From an uncultured Gammaproteobacteria bacterium (lineage in GTDB: Bacteria; Pseudomonadota; Gammaproteobacteria; Steroidobacterales; Steroidobacteraceae): a stretch of DNA of 64,000 nt. The DNA is taken from the NCBI GenBank assembly GCA_963707765.1, contig CAVPQZ010000001.1:1346689-1410688 (forward strand), read 5' to 3'. Shown here piece after piece: positions 1 through 9,528 of this stretch. The notes beneath the pieces were generated by a model that was given only the letters and a program-made list of their open reading frames with translations, was not told the origin of the DNA and searched no databases. Numbering within the stretch: position 1 is the stretch's first letter; the number at the start of each line of letters is the position of its first letter. The position numbers and the translations under genes were made by a program.

Positions 1-180
1 AGGGACGCTCTGCGCGATTTGATCGCCGCGCGTGAGCCATTCTTGGATTTCCTCTTGAGCCGTGTGAATTCGAACGGCTCGATGCAATGCTTTCAGGTCA
101 GCGGCCAACCCATGTTCGATCGGGCATGCCGATTCATCGGCTATCGCGGCGTCGGCATCGAATTGACCGGGCGGGCTTAG
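1..180 (+). CDS. C-terminal fragment of a PAS-type sensor protein (5' end outside the window)
   Basis: Frame 1 is open from base 1 to TAG at 178-180. The tail ...FQVSGQPMFDRACRFIGYRGVGIELTGRA resembles the last strands of a PAS fold (G-x-F-x-GYRG). Confidence 0.4.
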   Translation, partial: RDALRDLIAAREPFLDFLLSRVNSNGSMQCFQVSGQPMFDRACRFIGYRGVGIELTGRA

Positions 181-187
181 AGTTTTC

Positions 188-898
188 GTGGGCGCCGTCC
201 TCGAATCGTTCCCTGCCAAGCACAACGCCCTGCTTGCGGCGCTACCGGCAGCCGACTTTGAGCGTCTGGCTCCGCATCTCACGCGAGTTCTCATGCCGCT
301 GGGGCAAATGCTCTACGAGCCGGGTTTCGCGCTGCGGCGAGCTTACTTTCCGACTACTTCGATAGTTTCGCTACATTATGTCCTCGACTCCGGTGCATCC
401 GCGGAAAGCGCCTGGGTTGGCTATGAAGGCCTCGTCGGAATTCCGCTGTTCATGGGAGGGGAGACAACCTCCAGTTCGGCGGCTGTGCGCATCGCCGGGC
501 ATGGATACTGTCTCGACGCGACTGAGCTGAAGCGCGAGTTCCTGCGATGCGGGCCGATGCAGCGACTCCTGCTCCGTTACACGCAGACACTGATCGGACA
601 GATGGCACAGACGGCAGCGTGCAATCGTCATCATTCCGTCGATCAGCAGATCCGCCGCTGGCTCTTGGCGACCATTGACCGGATTCCGTCGCGCGAAATC
701 GTCGTGACCCAGGAAATGATCGCGAGCGTGCTCGGCGTGCGGCGCGAGAGCGTGACCGAGATCGCCGGCCAATTACAGCGTGCCGGGGCGATCTCGTATC
801 GCCGCGGGCATATTTCGGTCATGGATAGGGCCCGCCTGAGCGAAGGGGTTTGCGAGTGTTATGCCGTGGTCAGGGAGCAGATGCGCTCGCGTGCCTGA
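188..898 (+). CDS. Crp/Fnr family transcriptional regulator
   Basis: 236-aa ORF with a GTG start. It has a cNMP-binding-like N-domain (YFPTTSIVSL..VGYEGLVG) and a C-terminal HTH (VTQEMIASVLGVRRESVTEIAGQLQRAGAISY). Confidence 0.85.
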   Translation: MGAVLESFPAKHNALLAALPAADFERLAPHLTRVLMPLGQMLYEPGFALRRAYFPTTSIVSLHYVLDSGASAESAWVGYEGLVGIPLFMGGETTSSSAAVRIAGHGYCLDATELKREFLRCGPMQRLLLRYTQTLIGQMAQTAACNRHHSVDQQIRRWLLATIDRIPSREIVVTQEMIASVLGVRRESVTEIAGQLQRAGAISYRRGHISVMDRARLSEGVCECYAVVREQMRSRA

Positions 899-1024
899 GG
901 CCCTGCAATCCTGCAGATCATCGATCAGGATGGCACAATGCCGGCATCGTATCTGTACCCAAGCGAACAGACCCGGCAATTGAAAGGGGCTAATCTCGCG
1001 TCGTTCAAAGGAAAGGAGAAAACC

Positions 1025-1171
1025 ATGTTGTACCCGATTGCGGTGGTCCTGCTTGTATTGTGGCTTCTGGGTTTTGTGACCTCGTACACGATGGGCGGCT
1101 TCATTCACGTGCTGCTGGTCGTGGCCGTCGTGCTGGTTCTGGTCCAGCTCATCCAGGGTCGCCGCATCTAG
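1025..1171 (+). CDS. small membrane protein, lmo0937-like family
   Basis: Internal ATG preceded by GGAAAGGAGAAAACC. The 48-aa product MLYPIAVVLLVLWLLGFVTSYTMGGFIHVLLVVAVVLVLVQLIQGRRI has two hydrophobic helices and a GRR tail, typical of this stress-associated family. Confidence 0.65.
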   Translation: MLYPIAVVLLVLWLLGFVTSYTMGGFIHVLLVVAVVLVLVQLIQGRRI

Positions 1172-1311
1172 ATGACGGCTACGCGGTCTTCCCGGCGGTC
1201 GGCAGGGGCGGACCCGGTGCAGGCGCGAACCACGAGGACTGCAGTGGGATCATTTTGGCCCTCGCGGCCGAGGTGTTGAATGAGCAGCGAGATCTAGGCG
1301 AGGAAGCGAAC

Positions 1312-1434
1312 ATGAGATTTTTAGCAGCCCTATGCCTTTGTGTACCCGTCCTGTCAGGCTGCATCAGCAGCAGCAACCCTCCGCGTCACCTTCTGCTCCG
1401 TCAGGAGGTTGCCCTGCAGATCGAGATGATGTAA
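1312..1434 (+). CDS. putative 40-aa lipoprotein
   Basis: ATG preceded by GAGGAAG. The product MRFLAALCLCVPVLSGC... has a lipobox (LSGC). No family recognised. Confidence 0.3.
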   Translation: MRFLAALCLCVPVLSGCISSSNPPRHLLLRQEVALQIEMM

Positions 1435-1520
1435 CCGGAGAGGCTTTCCGGATCTGTGCCGGAGGGCGCCCCGGAGGCGGCCGGCCGATCGGGATTCCCC
1501 GTCATCGGCGGACCCTAATG

Positions 1521-1550
1521 CATGAGCCGGCATAGGATTGCCGGCTCATG
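1521..1550. terminator. 12-bp-stem hairpin downstream of the OmpA-family gene
   Basis: CATGAGCCGGCA-taggat-TGCCGGCTCATG has perfect 12-bp arms. A T-rich run follows only on the + strand, so orientation and function are uncertain. Confidence 0.4.
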
Positions 1551-1572
1551 TTGCTACGTCCTTGCTGCCGTG

Positions 1573-2418
1573 TCAGCTGCGGCCCGCGATCGATCCGCCA
1601 TTGTCTCCGCCGATCACGACCTCCACGCGACGATTCAACTGTCGTCCGCCCGAGTCGACGTTGTTGGCCACCGGAAAGCTTTTTCCATAGCCCTGGCTGC
1701 CAATTCGAGTAGGATCGATGCCCCGCATGATTAGGGCCGATTTCACGGCGTCCGCGCGACGCTGCGAAAGATCCTGGTTGTACGAATCCGTGCCCACGCT
1801 GTCCGTAAAGCCATCGATCTGAACGCGCCGCTCCGGATGCTCCATGAGAAACTGCGACAGTTGATCGAGCGTGCGTGCGGCTCCGGGATTCAACTCGGAT
1901 CTGCCGGTGTCGAATAGTACGTCACCAAGGGTGAGCACCAGCCCGCGCGGCGTCGGCTTCGCTTTCAGCTCGTCCACCTCCGCCTGCAGGCGAACCGCTT
2001 GTTCCGCAGCCTCATCTCGCTGCCCCAAAGCGGCATTCGTCGCCATCTTGGCATTGTCGACATCGCGGGTCCGAGCGGCCAGTTGAATTTGATCTCGCTC
2101 CGCCTGACCCGCCGCAACGCGTGCGTCATCGGCTCTCGCGGCCGCATGAGCCATCGCCAGACGAGCATTTTGCGCGGCGAGGTACGCCGGCTGCGAGATG
2201 GCGGCTTCCTGATTATGCATCGCCGCCGCATCGGCAATAGCCAGCTGATTCTTCGCCGATTCCAAATCCAGCGCCGAATATTTTTGAACATTTGGATCCG
2301 CTTCAGCCGCCTGGACGAGCGTCTGCGCATTCTGCAGCGCAGCGTTAGGCACGGGGGTCGAAGCGCAACCGGCGGCGACAAGCGCCAGACCCATTCCCAT
2401 CAGTATTTTTGCGTTCAT
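1573..2418 (-). CDS. OmpA-family lipoprotein with N-terminal DUF4398-like domain
   Basis: Lipoprotein signal (LALVAAGCAS), a coiled-coil middle region, and a C-terminal OmpA_C block (LFDTGRSELNPGAARTLDQL..IDGFTDSVGTDSYNQDLSQRRADAV..NRRVEV). Confidence 0.9.
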   Translation of the reverse strand: MNAKILMGMGLALVAAGCASTPVPNAALQNAQTLVQAAEADPNVQKYSALDLESAKNQLAIADAAAMHNQEAAISQPAYLAAQNARLAMAHAAARADDARVAAGQAERDQIQLAARTRDVDNAKMATNAALGQRDEAAEQAVRLQAEVDELKAKPTPRGLVLTLGDVLFDTGRSELNPGAARTLDQLSQFLMEHPERRVQIDGFTDSVGTDSYNQDLSQRRADAVKSALIMRGIDPTRIGSQGYGKSFPVANNVDSGGRQLNRRVEVVIGGDNGGSIAGRS

Positions 2419-2427
2419 ATCATTACC

Positions 2428-2814
2428 TCATTGAGTCGGTTGTGAGCTGCGCATCGATTCTTGGCGCAGCGCCTGCATGCTCGTATCGAATTCCGCTGCG
2501 GCCTTGTGTGATCGTTGCTTTTGCGCGGTCGCCTCGGCCAGCTCCGCGTCCACGTTGGCCTGCTCCGCCAGCATGTTCGCCGGCTGAAGCTTTCCATCCG
2601 AGTTGGCCTTTTCCGCGCTCGCAATCTTGTCGCGCGCAGCAGCCATTTCGACCGGCGCGAACTCGGGGGCCCCGGACCCTTCGGCGCGCTGCAACGATGC
2701 CTTCGCCACCGCGATTTTTGCATTCGGAACGGGAGTGCTCGCGCACGCGCCGAGCGACGTTGCCGCCACTATTGCTGCGACGCCCCCTATCAGTCTCCGT
2801 GAATCGATACGCAT
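2428..2814 (-). CDS. DUF4398-like lipoprotein (paralog of the N-domain of the neighbouring OmpA gene)
   Basis: Lipobox (SLGACAS). STPVPNAKIAVAKASLQRAEG parallels STPVPNAALQNAQTLVQAAEA in the adjacent gene. Confidence 0.75.
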   Translation of the reverse strand: MRIDSRRLIGGVAAIVAATSLGACASTPVPNAKIAVAKASLQRAEGSGAPEFAPVEMAAARDKIASAEKANSDGKLQPANMLAEQANVDAELAEATAQKQRSHKAAAEFDTSMQALRQESMRSSQPTQ

Positions 2815-2980
2815 GATGTTCTCCAGTCTTTCTGATGTCGATTAGCCGCGGTATACGGACCGGCGGCGATTCGGCGGCCGCCGGTGATGATTCTCTGCAA
2901 TCTCCGATTAATCTCTCACGATCCGATCGGGTGGTCTGTTCGCTAACGCACCCAGAGGACTCGACCGTTGATCGTCGGCG

Positions 2981-3304
2981 TTACTCCTGAATCGCGATTC
3001 TGTTGTGGACCGACTTGACGCCTTCAACGCCCTTGGCCAGCATCTCTGCGAGATCGCTGGCGTCCCGCGTCGGCGCCAGGCCGCTCAACCAAACGACCCC
3101 TTGTTCGTCGGTGTTCACTTGGATCTTGGTAAGCGTCGACAGGTGCTTTTCCGCCAACCTGACCTTCACCTTGGTGGTAATCACCGAATCCTTGACGAAC
3201 TGGCCAGCCTGCGCTGCGTCGGAGTCCATGGTTTGGTCCGCGACGGCGAATGATGCCGCAGTTCCTCCGATGATCAGTAATGCGGCCAGGGAAAGTACTT
3301 TCAT
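2981..3304 (-). CDS. BON domain-containing periplasmic protein
   Basis: Internal ATG with AAGGAG upstream, then a signal peptide (MKVLSLAALLIIGGTAASFA). BON pattern: ITTKVKVRLAEKHLSTLTKIQVNTDEQGVVWLSGLAPT..VEGVKSVHNRI. Confidence 0.85.
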   Translation of the reverse strand: MKVLSLAALLIIGGTAASFAVADQTMDSDAAQAGQFVKDSVITTKVKVRLAEKHLSTLTKIQVNTDEQGVVWLSGLAPTRDASDLAEMLAKGVEGVKSVHNRIAIQE

Positions 3305-3480
3305 TTGGGCTCCTTGTTGAGCGCGTCGCTCAAACCACCGACGGCGTTCTGAAGTTTCCCGGCGGCCTTGTTTGCCTTCCCCTTGGCCGTCAACTTGGCG
3401 TCGCCAAGCACTTTGCCGACAGCTTCCTCGACATTGCCCTTTACCTGCTTGATCGACCCGTCGATGCGATTCTTGTCCAT
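3301..3480 (-). CDS. CsbD family stress protein
   Basis: 59 aa: MDKNRIDGSIKQVKGNVEEAVGKVLGDAKLTAKGKANKAAGKLQ. Its stop overlaps the BON start by 4 nt (ATGA). Confidence 0.85.
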   Translation of the reverse strand: MDKNRIDGSIKQVKGNVEEAVGKVLGDAKLTAKGKANKAAGKLQNAVGGLSDALNKEPK

Positions 3481-3612
3481 GATGCGTTTCTCCCAGAGCT
3501 TGAATGGATATGGATGCACGTGCGTTCTTCGAATGCATTCAAGCATGGGGCGCGCCTGTGGTCTGGACGTTACCGCACAGAGCCCTTTAGCGCTCCGAGC
3601 AGCGTCGGCGCC

Positions 3613-3644
3613 GGGCGGACGGGCGGGCGGGCGGGCGGGCAGGG
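3613..3644 (+). repeat. (GGGC)n G-run tract (seven GGG runs)
   Basis: GGGCGGACGGGCGGGCGGGCGGGCGGGCAGGG, in the divergent intergenic region between csbD (start 3480) and the PPIase gene (start 3727). Confidence 0.8.
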
Positions 3645-3726
3645 CGCGAACGAACACCGAATCCCGGTCTTGCGTATCGCTGTGATCAACCAGTATGTTA
3701 TCCACGGTGCCTGCGGCGTTGTGCCG

Positions 3727-4650
3727 ATGAAGAGGGATCAACCCATGAGTCGTGCTGCTGCGGTCGTGCTCACCGGACTGCTGATGGTGCTCGGTCTCGG
3801 CACCGTGTCAGATCTCGAGGCGAAGCCCCCCACTTTTGCCGACATATTGGCGCAGTCGCCGGCCGGCGACTGGCGCATGCCCGATCCCGATGACACGCTG
3901 TACGTCGAGTTCGGTCGGGGACGAGTGGTAATTGAACTCGCGACGCAAGTCGCACCCCTGCACGTTGCAAATCTCAAGACGCTGGTGCGCAGTCGTTACT
4001 TCGATGGGATAGCGATCATTCGAGTGCAGGACAATTATGTCGTTCAATGGGGCGACCCGGATCACCGGCACACTGTTCCGGACGGGCTGAAGCCTGCCGT
4101 CGAATTCACGGCCAATACCCGCGCGGCTGCGCGATTCCAGCCCTTGCCCGACCGCGACGCCTATGCCCCGGAGATCGGCTTTCTAGACGGCTTCCCGGCG
4201 GCGCGCGACCGGCGCACGCACATGGTCTGGCTTGCGCATTGCTATGGCATGGTGGGTGCGGGCCGCGACGAGCAGCCGGAGAGCGATGCAACGGAAATGT
4301 ATGTGGTGATCGGCCATGCGCCGCGGCATCTCGATCGCAATGTCGCTTTGTTCGGGCGGGTTTTGAAGGGGATGGAGCTTCTCTCCAGCCTCCCGCGCGG
4401 GAGCGGCGAGATGGGGTTCTACGTCGCCGCGGAATCCCCCGTGCCGATCACGTCGATGCGTCTCGCCTCGGATGTACCAGCGGCGGAGCGCACGCCGATC
4501 GAGGTCCTTCGTACCGACAGCGCCACGTTCGCGTCGGTGCTCGAACAGCGGCGAAATCGGCAAGAATCGTGGTTCAAGTTCAACCCAGGGCACATCGACC
4601 TATGCAATGTGCCCCTGCCGGTCCGTGCCGCCGGCGGACTCCAAAAATAG
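3727..4650 (+). CDS. secreted cyclophilin-type peptidyl-prolyl isomerase-like protein
   Basis: Signal peptide (AAAVVLTGLLMVLGLG). Cyclophilin-like blocks: VVIELATQVAPLHVANLKTLVRSRYFDGIAIIRVQDNYVVQWG and YGMVGAGRD..MYVVIGHAPRHLDRNVALFGRV. The long 5' extension in the ORF track overlaps csbD and is unlikely to be coding. Confidence 0.75.
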   Translation: MKRDQPMSRAAAVVLTGLLMVLGLGTVSDLEAKPPTFADILAQSPAGDWRMPDPDDTLYVEFGRGRVVIELATQVAPLHVANLKTLVRSRYFDGIAIIRVQDNYVVQWGDPDHRHTVPDGLKPAVEFTANTRAAARFQPLPDRDAYAPEIGFLDGFPAARDRRTHMVWLAHCYGMVGAGRDEQPESDATEMYVVIGHAPRHLDRNVALFGRVLKGMELLSSLPRGSGEMGFYVAAESPVPITSMRLASDVPAAERTPIEVLRTDSATFASVLEQRRNRQESWFKFNPGHIDLCNVPLPVRAAGGLQK

Positions 4651-4683
4651 ACCGACCCACGGCGGGTCCGCCGACACGCGGGC

Positions 4684-5268
4684 CTATCCGAAATTCTTCT
4701 GAGCGAATTCCCAGTTGGCAACCTTGTCGATGACGGTCTCAACGAATTTCGGGCGCAGGTTGCGGTAATCGATGTAGTAGGCGTGTTCCCACACGTCCAC
4801 CGTCAGCAGCGCTTTGTCGTTGGTGGTCAGCGGTGTGCCGGCGGGGCCCATATTGACGATGTCGACGCCGCCACCGGCTTTCTTCACGAGCCAGGTCCAC
4901 CCTGAGCCGAAGTTGCCGACGGCCGATTTGACGAAGGCCTCGCGAAATGCGGCGTAGGTGCCCCACTTACTGTGGATGGCTTGAGCAAGCGCTCCGGTGG
5001 GCTCGCCACCGCCGTTGGGCTTCAAACTGTTCCAAAAGAACGTGTGGTTCCAAATCTGCGCAGCGTTGTTGTAGATGCCACCCGCGGGCGCCTTCTTCAC
5101 GACGTCTTCGAGGCCCATGTTCTCGAATTCGGTGCCCTTGATCAGGTTGTTCAGGTTCGTGACATAGGCCGCGTGGTGCTTGCCATAGTGATAGTCGAGC
5201 GTCTCCCGGCTCATGTGGGGCTCCAAGGCAGCGCGGTCGAAAGGCAGGGGAGGCAAGCTGTGTTCCAT
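4684..5268 (-). CDS. sodB: Fe superoxide dismutase
   Basis: LPPLPFDRAALEPHMSRETLDYHYGKHH..WNHTFFW..DVWEHAYYIDYRNLRP are canonical Fe/Mn-SOD motifs of Fe-type pattern. Confidence 0.95.
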   Translation of the reverse strand: MEHSLPPLPFDRAALEPHMSRETLDYHYGKHHAAYVTNLNNLIKGTEFENMGLEDVVKKAPAGGIYNNAAQIWNHTFFWNSLKPNGGGEPTGALAQAIHSKWGTYAAFREAFVKSAVGNFGSGWTWLVKKAGGGVDIVNMGPAGTPLTTNDKALLTVDVWEHAYYIDYRNLRPKFVETVIDKVANWEFAQKNFG

Positions 5269-5976
5269 GGCGAATCCTTATCTTCGTTGGCTGTTGGGTG
5301 CAGTCTATATTCGCAATCTGGGTGGGATATGTCGAGTTTCGGTTTCGTTCCAGCACGCGGATGCGGCAAGAAAGATCGCCGCGCACCACTTAGTCTGGCA
5401 TCACGAGTCAGCGCCACGTTGAGATCGTTCCAGTGATCCCACGACAACAATTCCGAAAGAAATTGTGCGCGTGATGCTTGATACCCGCAGCCGGTCCGCG
5501 GGGATTTATCGGGCTCTTCAAATGCTTGCTGGGAGCAGGGGAGGAATTGCCGAAGCCGGGCGCCGGGGCGGCACTTAACCATATATTTCATATAGTTGAG
5601 AAATATTTGAAAACATTATGGAGGATTCTGTGACGCCAGATGATCGCCACGCAGGCTCGACCGTCAAAACCTTTGGCCAATGTCCGGCGCTGGGTGCCGC
5701 GCCCGATACGCGGTCCTACCAAGCAGTGACTCGGCCGGCACCGCGATACTCATCTCGGTCTTCGAATAATGAAGCTCTGCGTCGATTCCGGCTGGGGCCG
5801 ATGTCGTCTGCACAGCATCAACTCGGCGGATCAAAACTCGCTAGCCGCCGCCGTAAGGTCGGTCGCCAGGAAGGAGCCAACCTGCCTTGCGACGTGACCT
5901 GCCCGGCGATAGAGTCGAGATGGCGGCGTTCGTTCTGCTTTTCACGGGTCCGCCTTAAAATTCCGGGGGATGCGTT

Positions 5977-8157
5977 ATGCGACCGTTCAAAGCGTCGGTG
6001 ATCCTAATCAGCGCTTTGGCGGTCTGCGCCGTGGCCGGGGCGCAACAAGCCCCGCAAGCCATCGATGATGGGGATCTGGTGACGCTCGGCGGCAACACCA
6101 GGTCCGAGGCAACGTCGGCGAATGACCGTGGCGCCGTCGATCCAGCCATGCCGTTCGAACATCTCGAGTTGCAACTGCGACGCCCGCCCGACCAGGAGCG
6201 CGAGGTCGAGACCTTCATCCGGACTCTGCACGATCCGGCCTCGCCCAGCTTCCATCGATGGCTCACCGCGGAGCAATTTGGTCAGCGGTTCGGCGCCTCC
6301 GTTCCGGCCATTGCCGCGGTCCGTGGGTGGCTGGAAAAGTACGGGTTCCGGGTCGGTCCGGTCTATCCCGGCGCCATGGTGATGGATTTTTCGGGCACGG
6401 CGGCGCAACTCTCGGCCGCATTTCACACCTCCATCCATCAACTCCGCGTCGGCGGGGAGACTCATTTTGCCAACGTGAACGATCCGCAGATTCCGCGAGC
6501 ACTGGCGCCGTGGGTCGCCGGCATCGTCAAGCTGAACGACTTTCGTCCGATGCGCAAACACCGGCCGAGCCCCCGGTATTCCGGGAGTTGCAGCGGCAGC
6601 CCGTGTTATCTCATGGCGCCGGCCGATCTGGCCACGATCTACGATTTCAATGACCTGTTCCACGGGACAAAGCCGGTCACCGGCAAGGGTCAGAGCATCG
6701 CGGTGGCCGAGGATACGAATCTGTACAACGATAGCGACTGGACCCACTTCCGCCGCATCTTCGGCCTCGACGTCTATCGAGAAGGCAGTATTTCCACCGT
6801 CCATCCGCCGCCGCCCACGCATGGAGCGCCGCCGTGTAAGGATCCGGGAGTCAACAGAAACGGCGACGACGTCGAGGCGACGCTCGACGCCGAGTGGTCC
6901 AGTGCCGCGGCGCCCGATGCCGCCATTCTGGTCGCCTCCTGCGGCGACTCCGCCACGGTAGACGGGGTCAGGCAGGCCATCCACTATCTCATCGAGAGCG
7001 CGTCGCCCCCGCCCATCATCAGTGTCAGTTATGGCATTTGCGAGACCGAGAATGGTGCCACCGCCAACGCATTCTTCTCTGCCATTTACCAACAGGCGGT
7101 GGCCGAGGGCATTTCCGTGTTCGTCGCCACCGGTGATTCAGGACCCGAGGACTGTGCACCCAATTACACGAGTCCGGCAAAATTTGGCATCGGCGTCAAT
7201 GGCTGGGCATCGACGGTGAACAACGTGGCGGTCGGGGGCACGGATTTCAGCGACACTTTTAACGGCACTAACCAGGAATATTGGGGCATCAGCCAGGGCG
7301 CGCCGTGGGGGACGGCTAAATCCTATGTTCCCGAGATGGCGTGGAACGACACCTGCGCCAGCGATCAGACCATCATCACCTTCGGATATGAGACGAGCTT
7401 TGGCGCCGATGGCTTCTGCAACAGCACCACTGCCGATCCTTATTACATCGGCACCGGCGGCGGGGAGGGAGGGCCCAGCGGTTGTGCCACGGGCACGCCG
7501 TCGATCAAAGGGGTCGTGAGCGGCACGTGTGCCGGATGGCCCAAGCCGAGCTACCAAGCGCTTTTCGGAATGCCAACGGACGGCGTGCGCGACGTTCCCG
7601 ATGTGTCGATGTTCGCCTCCGACGGGTGGGAGTGGAGGCACCAGTACCTGATTTGTTTCACCGATCCGAACCAAGGCGGGGTTGCCTGCCAAGGGAACCC
7701 GGTGAATTGGGGCCTCGGCGGCGGCGGCACGTCGTACGCCACGCCGATCGCCGCGGGCATTCAGGCGCTGGTGAACCAAAAAATGGGCGCGAAGCAGGGC
7801 AACCCGAATTATGTTTACTACGCGCTCGCCCGGCAGGAATACGGTGCCAACGGAGACGCGCATTGCGATTCCAGCTTGGGGCCGCACGGGGACTCTCGCT
7901 GTGTGTTTCACGACGTCACTCTGGGCACCGATTCGCAGGACTGCCGGGGACCTGCGAATTGCTTCCTGCCGTCGGCAACCTATGGCGTCATGTCAACGTC
8001 GGATTCGATCTACGAACCGGCCTTCAAAGCGCATCCGGGATACGACTACCCGAGCGGCATCGGCACGATCAGCGCGCGCAACCTCGTCAACGCGTGGAGT
8101 ACAGCGCTGGGCGACCGAGCGCCGGGCGGGAATGAACCCAAAGAGGGATCACCATGA
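5977..8157 (+). CDS. S53 (sedolisin/kumamolisin-like) serine peptidase with pro-domain
   Basis: Signal peptide, then a pro-kumamolisin activation-domain pattern (HDPASPSFHRWLTAEQFGQRFG..GWLEKYGF). Catalytic blocks EATLDAEW, ATGDSG and GGTSYATPIAAG. Confidence 0.85.
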   Translation: MRPFKASVILISALAVCAVAGAQQAPQAIDDGDLVTLGGNTRSEATSANDRGAVDPAMPFEHLELQLRRPPDQEREVETFIRTLHDPASPSFHRWLTAEQFGQRFGASVPAIAAVRGWLEKYGFRVGPVYPGAMVMDFSGTAAQLSAAFHTSIHQLRVGGETHFANVNDPQIPRALAPWVAGIVKLNDFRPMRKHRPSPRYSGSCSGSPCYLMAPADLATIYDFNDLFHGTKPVTGKGQSIAVAEDTNLYNDSDWTHFRRIFGLDVYREGSISTVHPPPPTHGAPPCKDPGVNRNGDDVEATLDAEWSSAAAPDAAILVASCGDSATVDGVRQAIHYLIESASPPPIISVSYGICETENGATANAFFSAIYQQAVAEGISVFVATGDSGPEDCAPNYTSPAKFGIGVNGWASTVNNVAVGGTDFSDTFNGTNQEYWGISQGAPWGTAKSYVPEMAWNDTCASDQTIITFGYETSFGADGFCNSTTADPYYIGTGGGEGGPSGCATGTPSIKGVVSGTCAGWPKPSYQALFGMPTDGVRDVPDVSMFASDGWEWRHQYLICFTDPNQGGVACQGNPVNWGLGGGGTSYATPIAAGIQALVNQKMGAKQGNPNYVYYALARQEYGANGDAHCDSSLGPHGDSRCVFHDVTLGTDSQDCRGPANCFLPSATYGVMSTSDSIYEPAFKAHPGYDYPSGIGTISARNLVNAWSTALGDRAPGGNEPKEGSP

Positions 8158-8435
8158 AGGCGATATGGAAGGGCACCGTGGTTGCGGAGTCCCCGGACAC
8201 CGTGCTTCTGGAAGGCAATCATTATTTTCCGCTGGAGTCGGTGAATGCTGCGCTTCTGGAACCAAGCACTCATACCAGCGTGTGTCCTTGGAAGGGCACG
8301 GCGAACTATTACACGCTGAGAGTCGGCGACGAACGTAACGCGAATGCCGTGTGGTACTACGCCGAACCCAAGGATGCAGCATGCCAGATCAAGGGTCGCG
8401 TGGCATTCTGGAAGGGCGTCAGCGTGGTGGCGTAG
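8154..8435 (+). CDS. DUF427 domain protein
   Basis: MKAIWKGTVVAESPDTVLLEGNHYFP..CPWKGTANYYTL..AVWYYAEP. Its start overlaps the S53 stop (ATGA). Confidence 0.8.
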   Translation: MKAIWKGTVVAESPDTVLLEGNHYFPLESVNAALLEPSTHTSVCPWKGTANYYTLRVGDERNANAVWYYAEPKDAACQIKGRVAFWKGVSVVA

Positions 8436-8521
8436 CGTGGCGCTCCGCCCGCGGCCGCTAAATCAATGGGTTAGGCGCCATTTGACAATAATCCAACAAG
8501 TCGCTGTATTACTATGAGCGG

Positions 8522-8632
8522 ATGGACGCCATGGCTGCCAAGCACAACATCACCGTGGCAATCGATCCTGCGTTGCTGAAAAAAGCACGCGCCGTTGCCG
8601 CGCGGCGCGGCCGTAGTGTCAGCGCTTTGGCG
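8522..8632 (+). pseudogene. truncated ribbon-helix-helix antitoxin-like gene (N-terminal ~37 codons only)
   Basis: MAAKHNITVAIDPALLKKARAVAARRGRSVSAL matches the start of small RHH antitoxins. Similarity then stops, and no toxin partner follows. Confidence 0.4.
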
Positions 8633-8670
8633 GTCCTAAGACTGGGGGTGGCCATTATCTTCCGCCCGGT

Positions 8671-9458
8671 ATGTACACCACCGGCGCCAGCGTCGAAATT
8701 CGAGGCGGATCCGGCGGCGAGGGGTACTACGGCGGTAACGGCGGCAGCGGCGGCAGCGGCGGCGCGCAGCGGGCGACGCAGTACTGTTCGGCAGCGTGGC
8801 GAGCACGCTCATTGTCAAGCCGGGCGCGGTGTTCCACGGCCAGGTGGCCGCCAGTGCGGCAGTCAACGACGTGCTGGAGCTTTCCGGCAGACAATCCGGC
8901 GGCACGCCGATCACCTTGGGCACGCAGTTCACGGGCTTCTCGACGCTCGAGTTTGCCTCCGGGGCGAGCGGCACGGTGGATGCGACCAAGGCGGACTTGA
9001 CTGCGCACACGCTCAGCATCGACGGCTTTGCCATTGGCGATACGCTCGACATCCAATTCAACAGCGCCTTTACGGGAGATCATTTCGCGCTCACTGCCGC
9101 CGGCAGCGGCACATATCTCACTCTGGCCTCAGGGGCTGACGCGACGCTCGCGAGCCTCGGCCATGATGTTCTGAACTTCGTGAGTGATTTCCACCGCGGA
9201 TTGACAGACGGTCGGATCATGTCAATGCATGGCCTGGCACCGAGCCTTGCGCCGGCAGCGAATGCCGCAGATCAGGACTTCGCGAGCTACGGCTTTACAT
9301 CGCACGCGTCCATTGATCACGGCACCGCGCATATCCTCATTGGCGTGTGCAAGGCGCAGCGCAGCGGCGCCACCCTGGAGGTCAGCTCACGAAACGGACC
9401 ACCACTGCGGAGTTTCTCGCACGGGATCTGTTGCGGCAACAAACATTGGATAGGATAG
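8671..9458 (+). pseudogene. frameshifted fragment of a glycine-rich / beta-helical adhesin- or autotransporter-passenger-like protein
   Basis: Frame 1 gives GGSGGEGYYGGNGGSGGSGG. After a shift near 8760-8770, frame 3 continues AGDAVLFGSVASTLIVKPGAVFHGQVAASAAVNDVLELSG..TLEFASGASGTVDA. There is no credible start or signal peptide. Confidence 0.35.
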
Positions 9459-9528
9459 CGGGAGACTACGACAAAGCAGGGGCTGATGGGGCCATTGAGG
9501 TCTCAGCCGGCGCCGACCGGTCGCGAAG

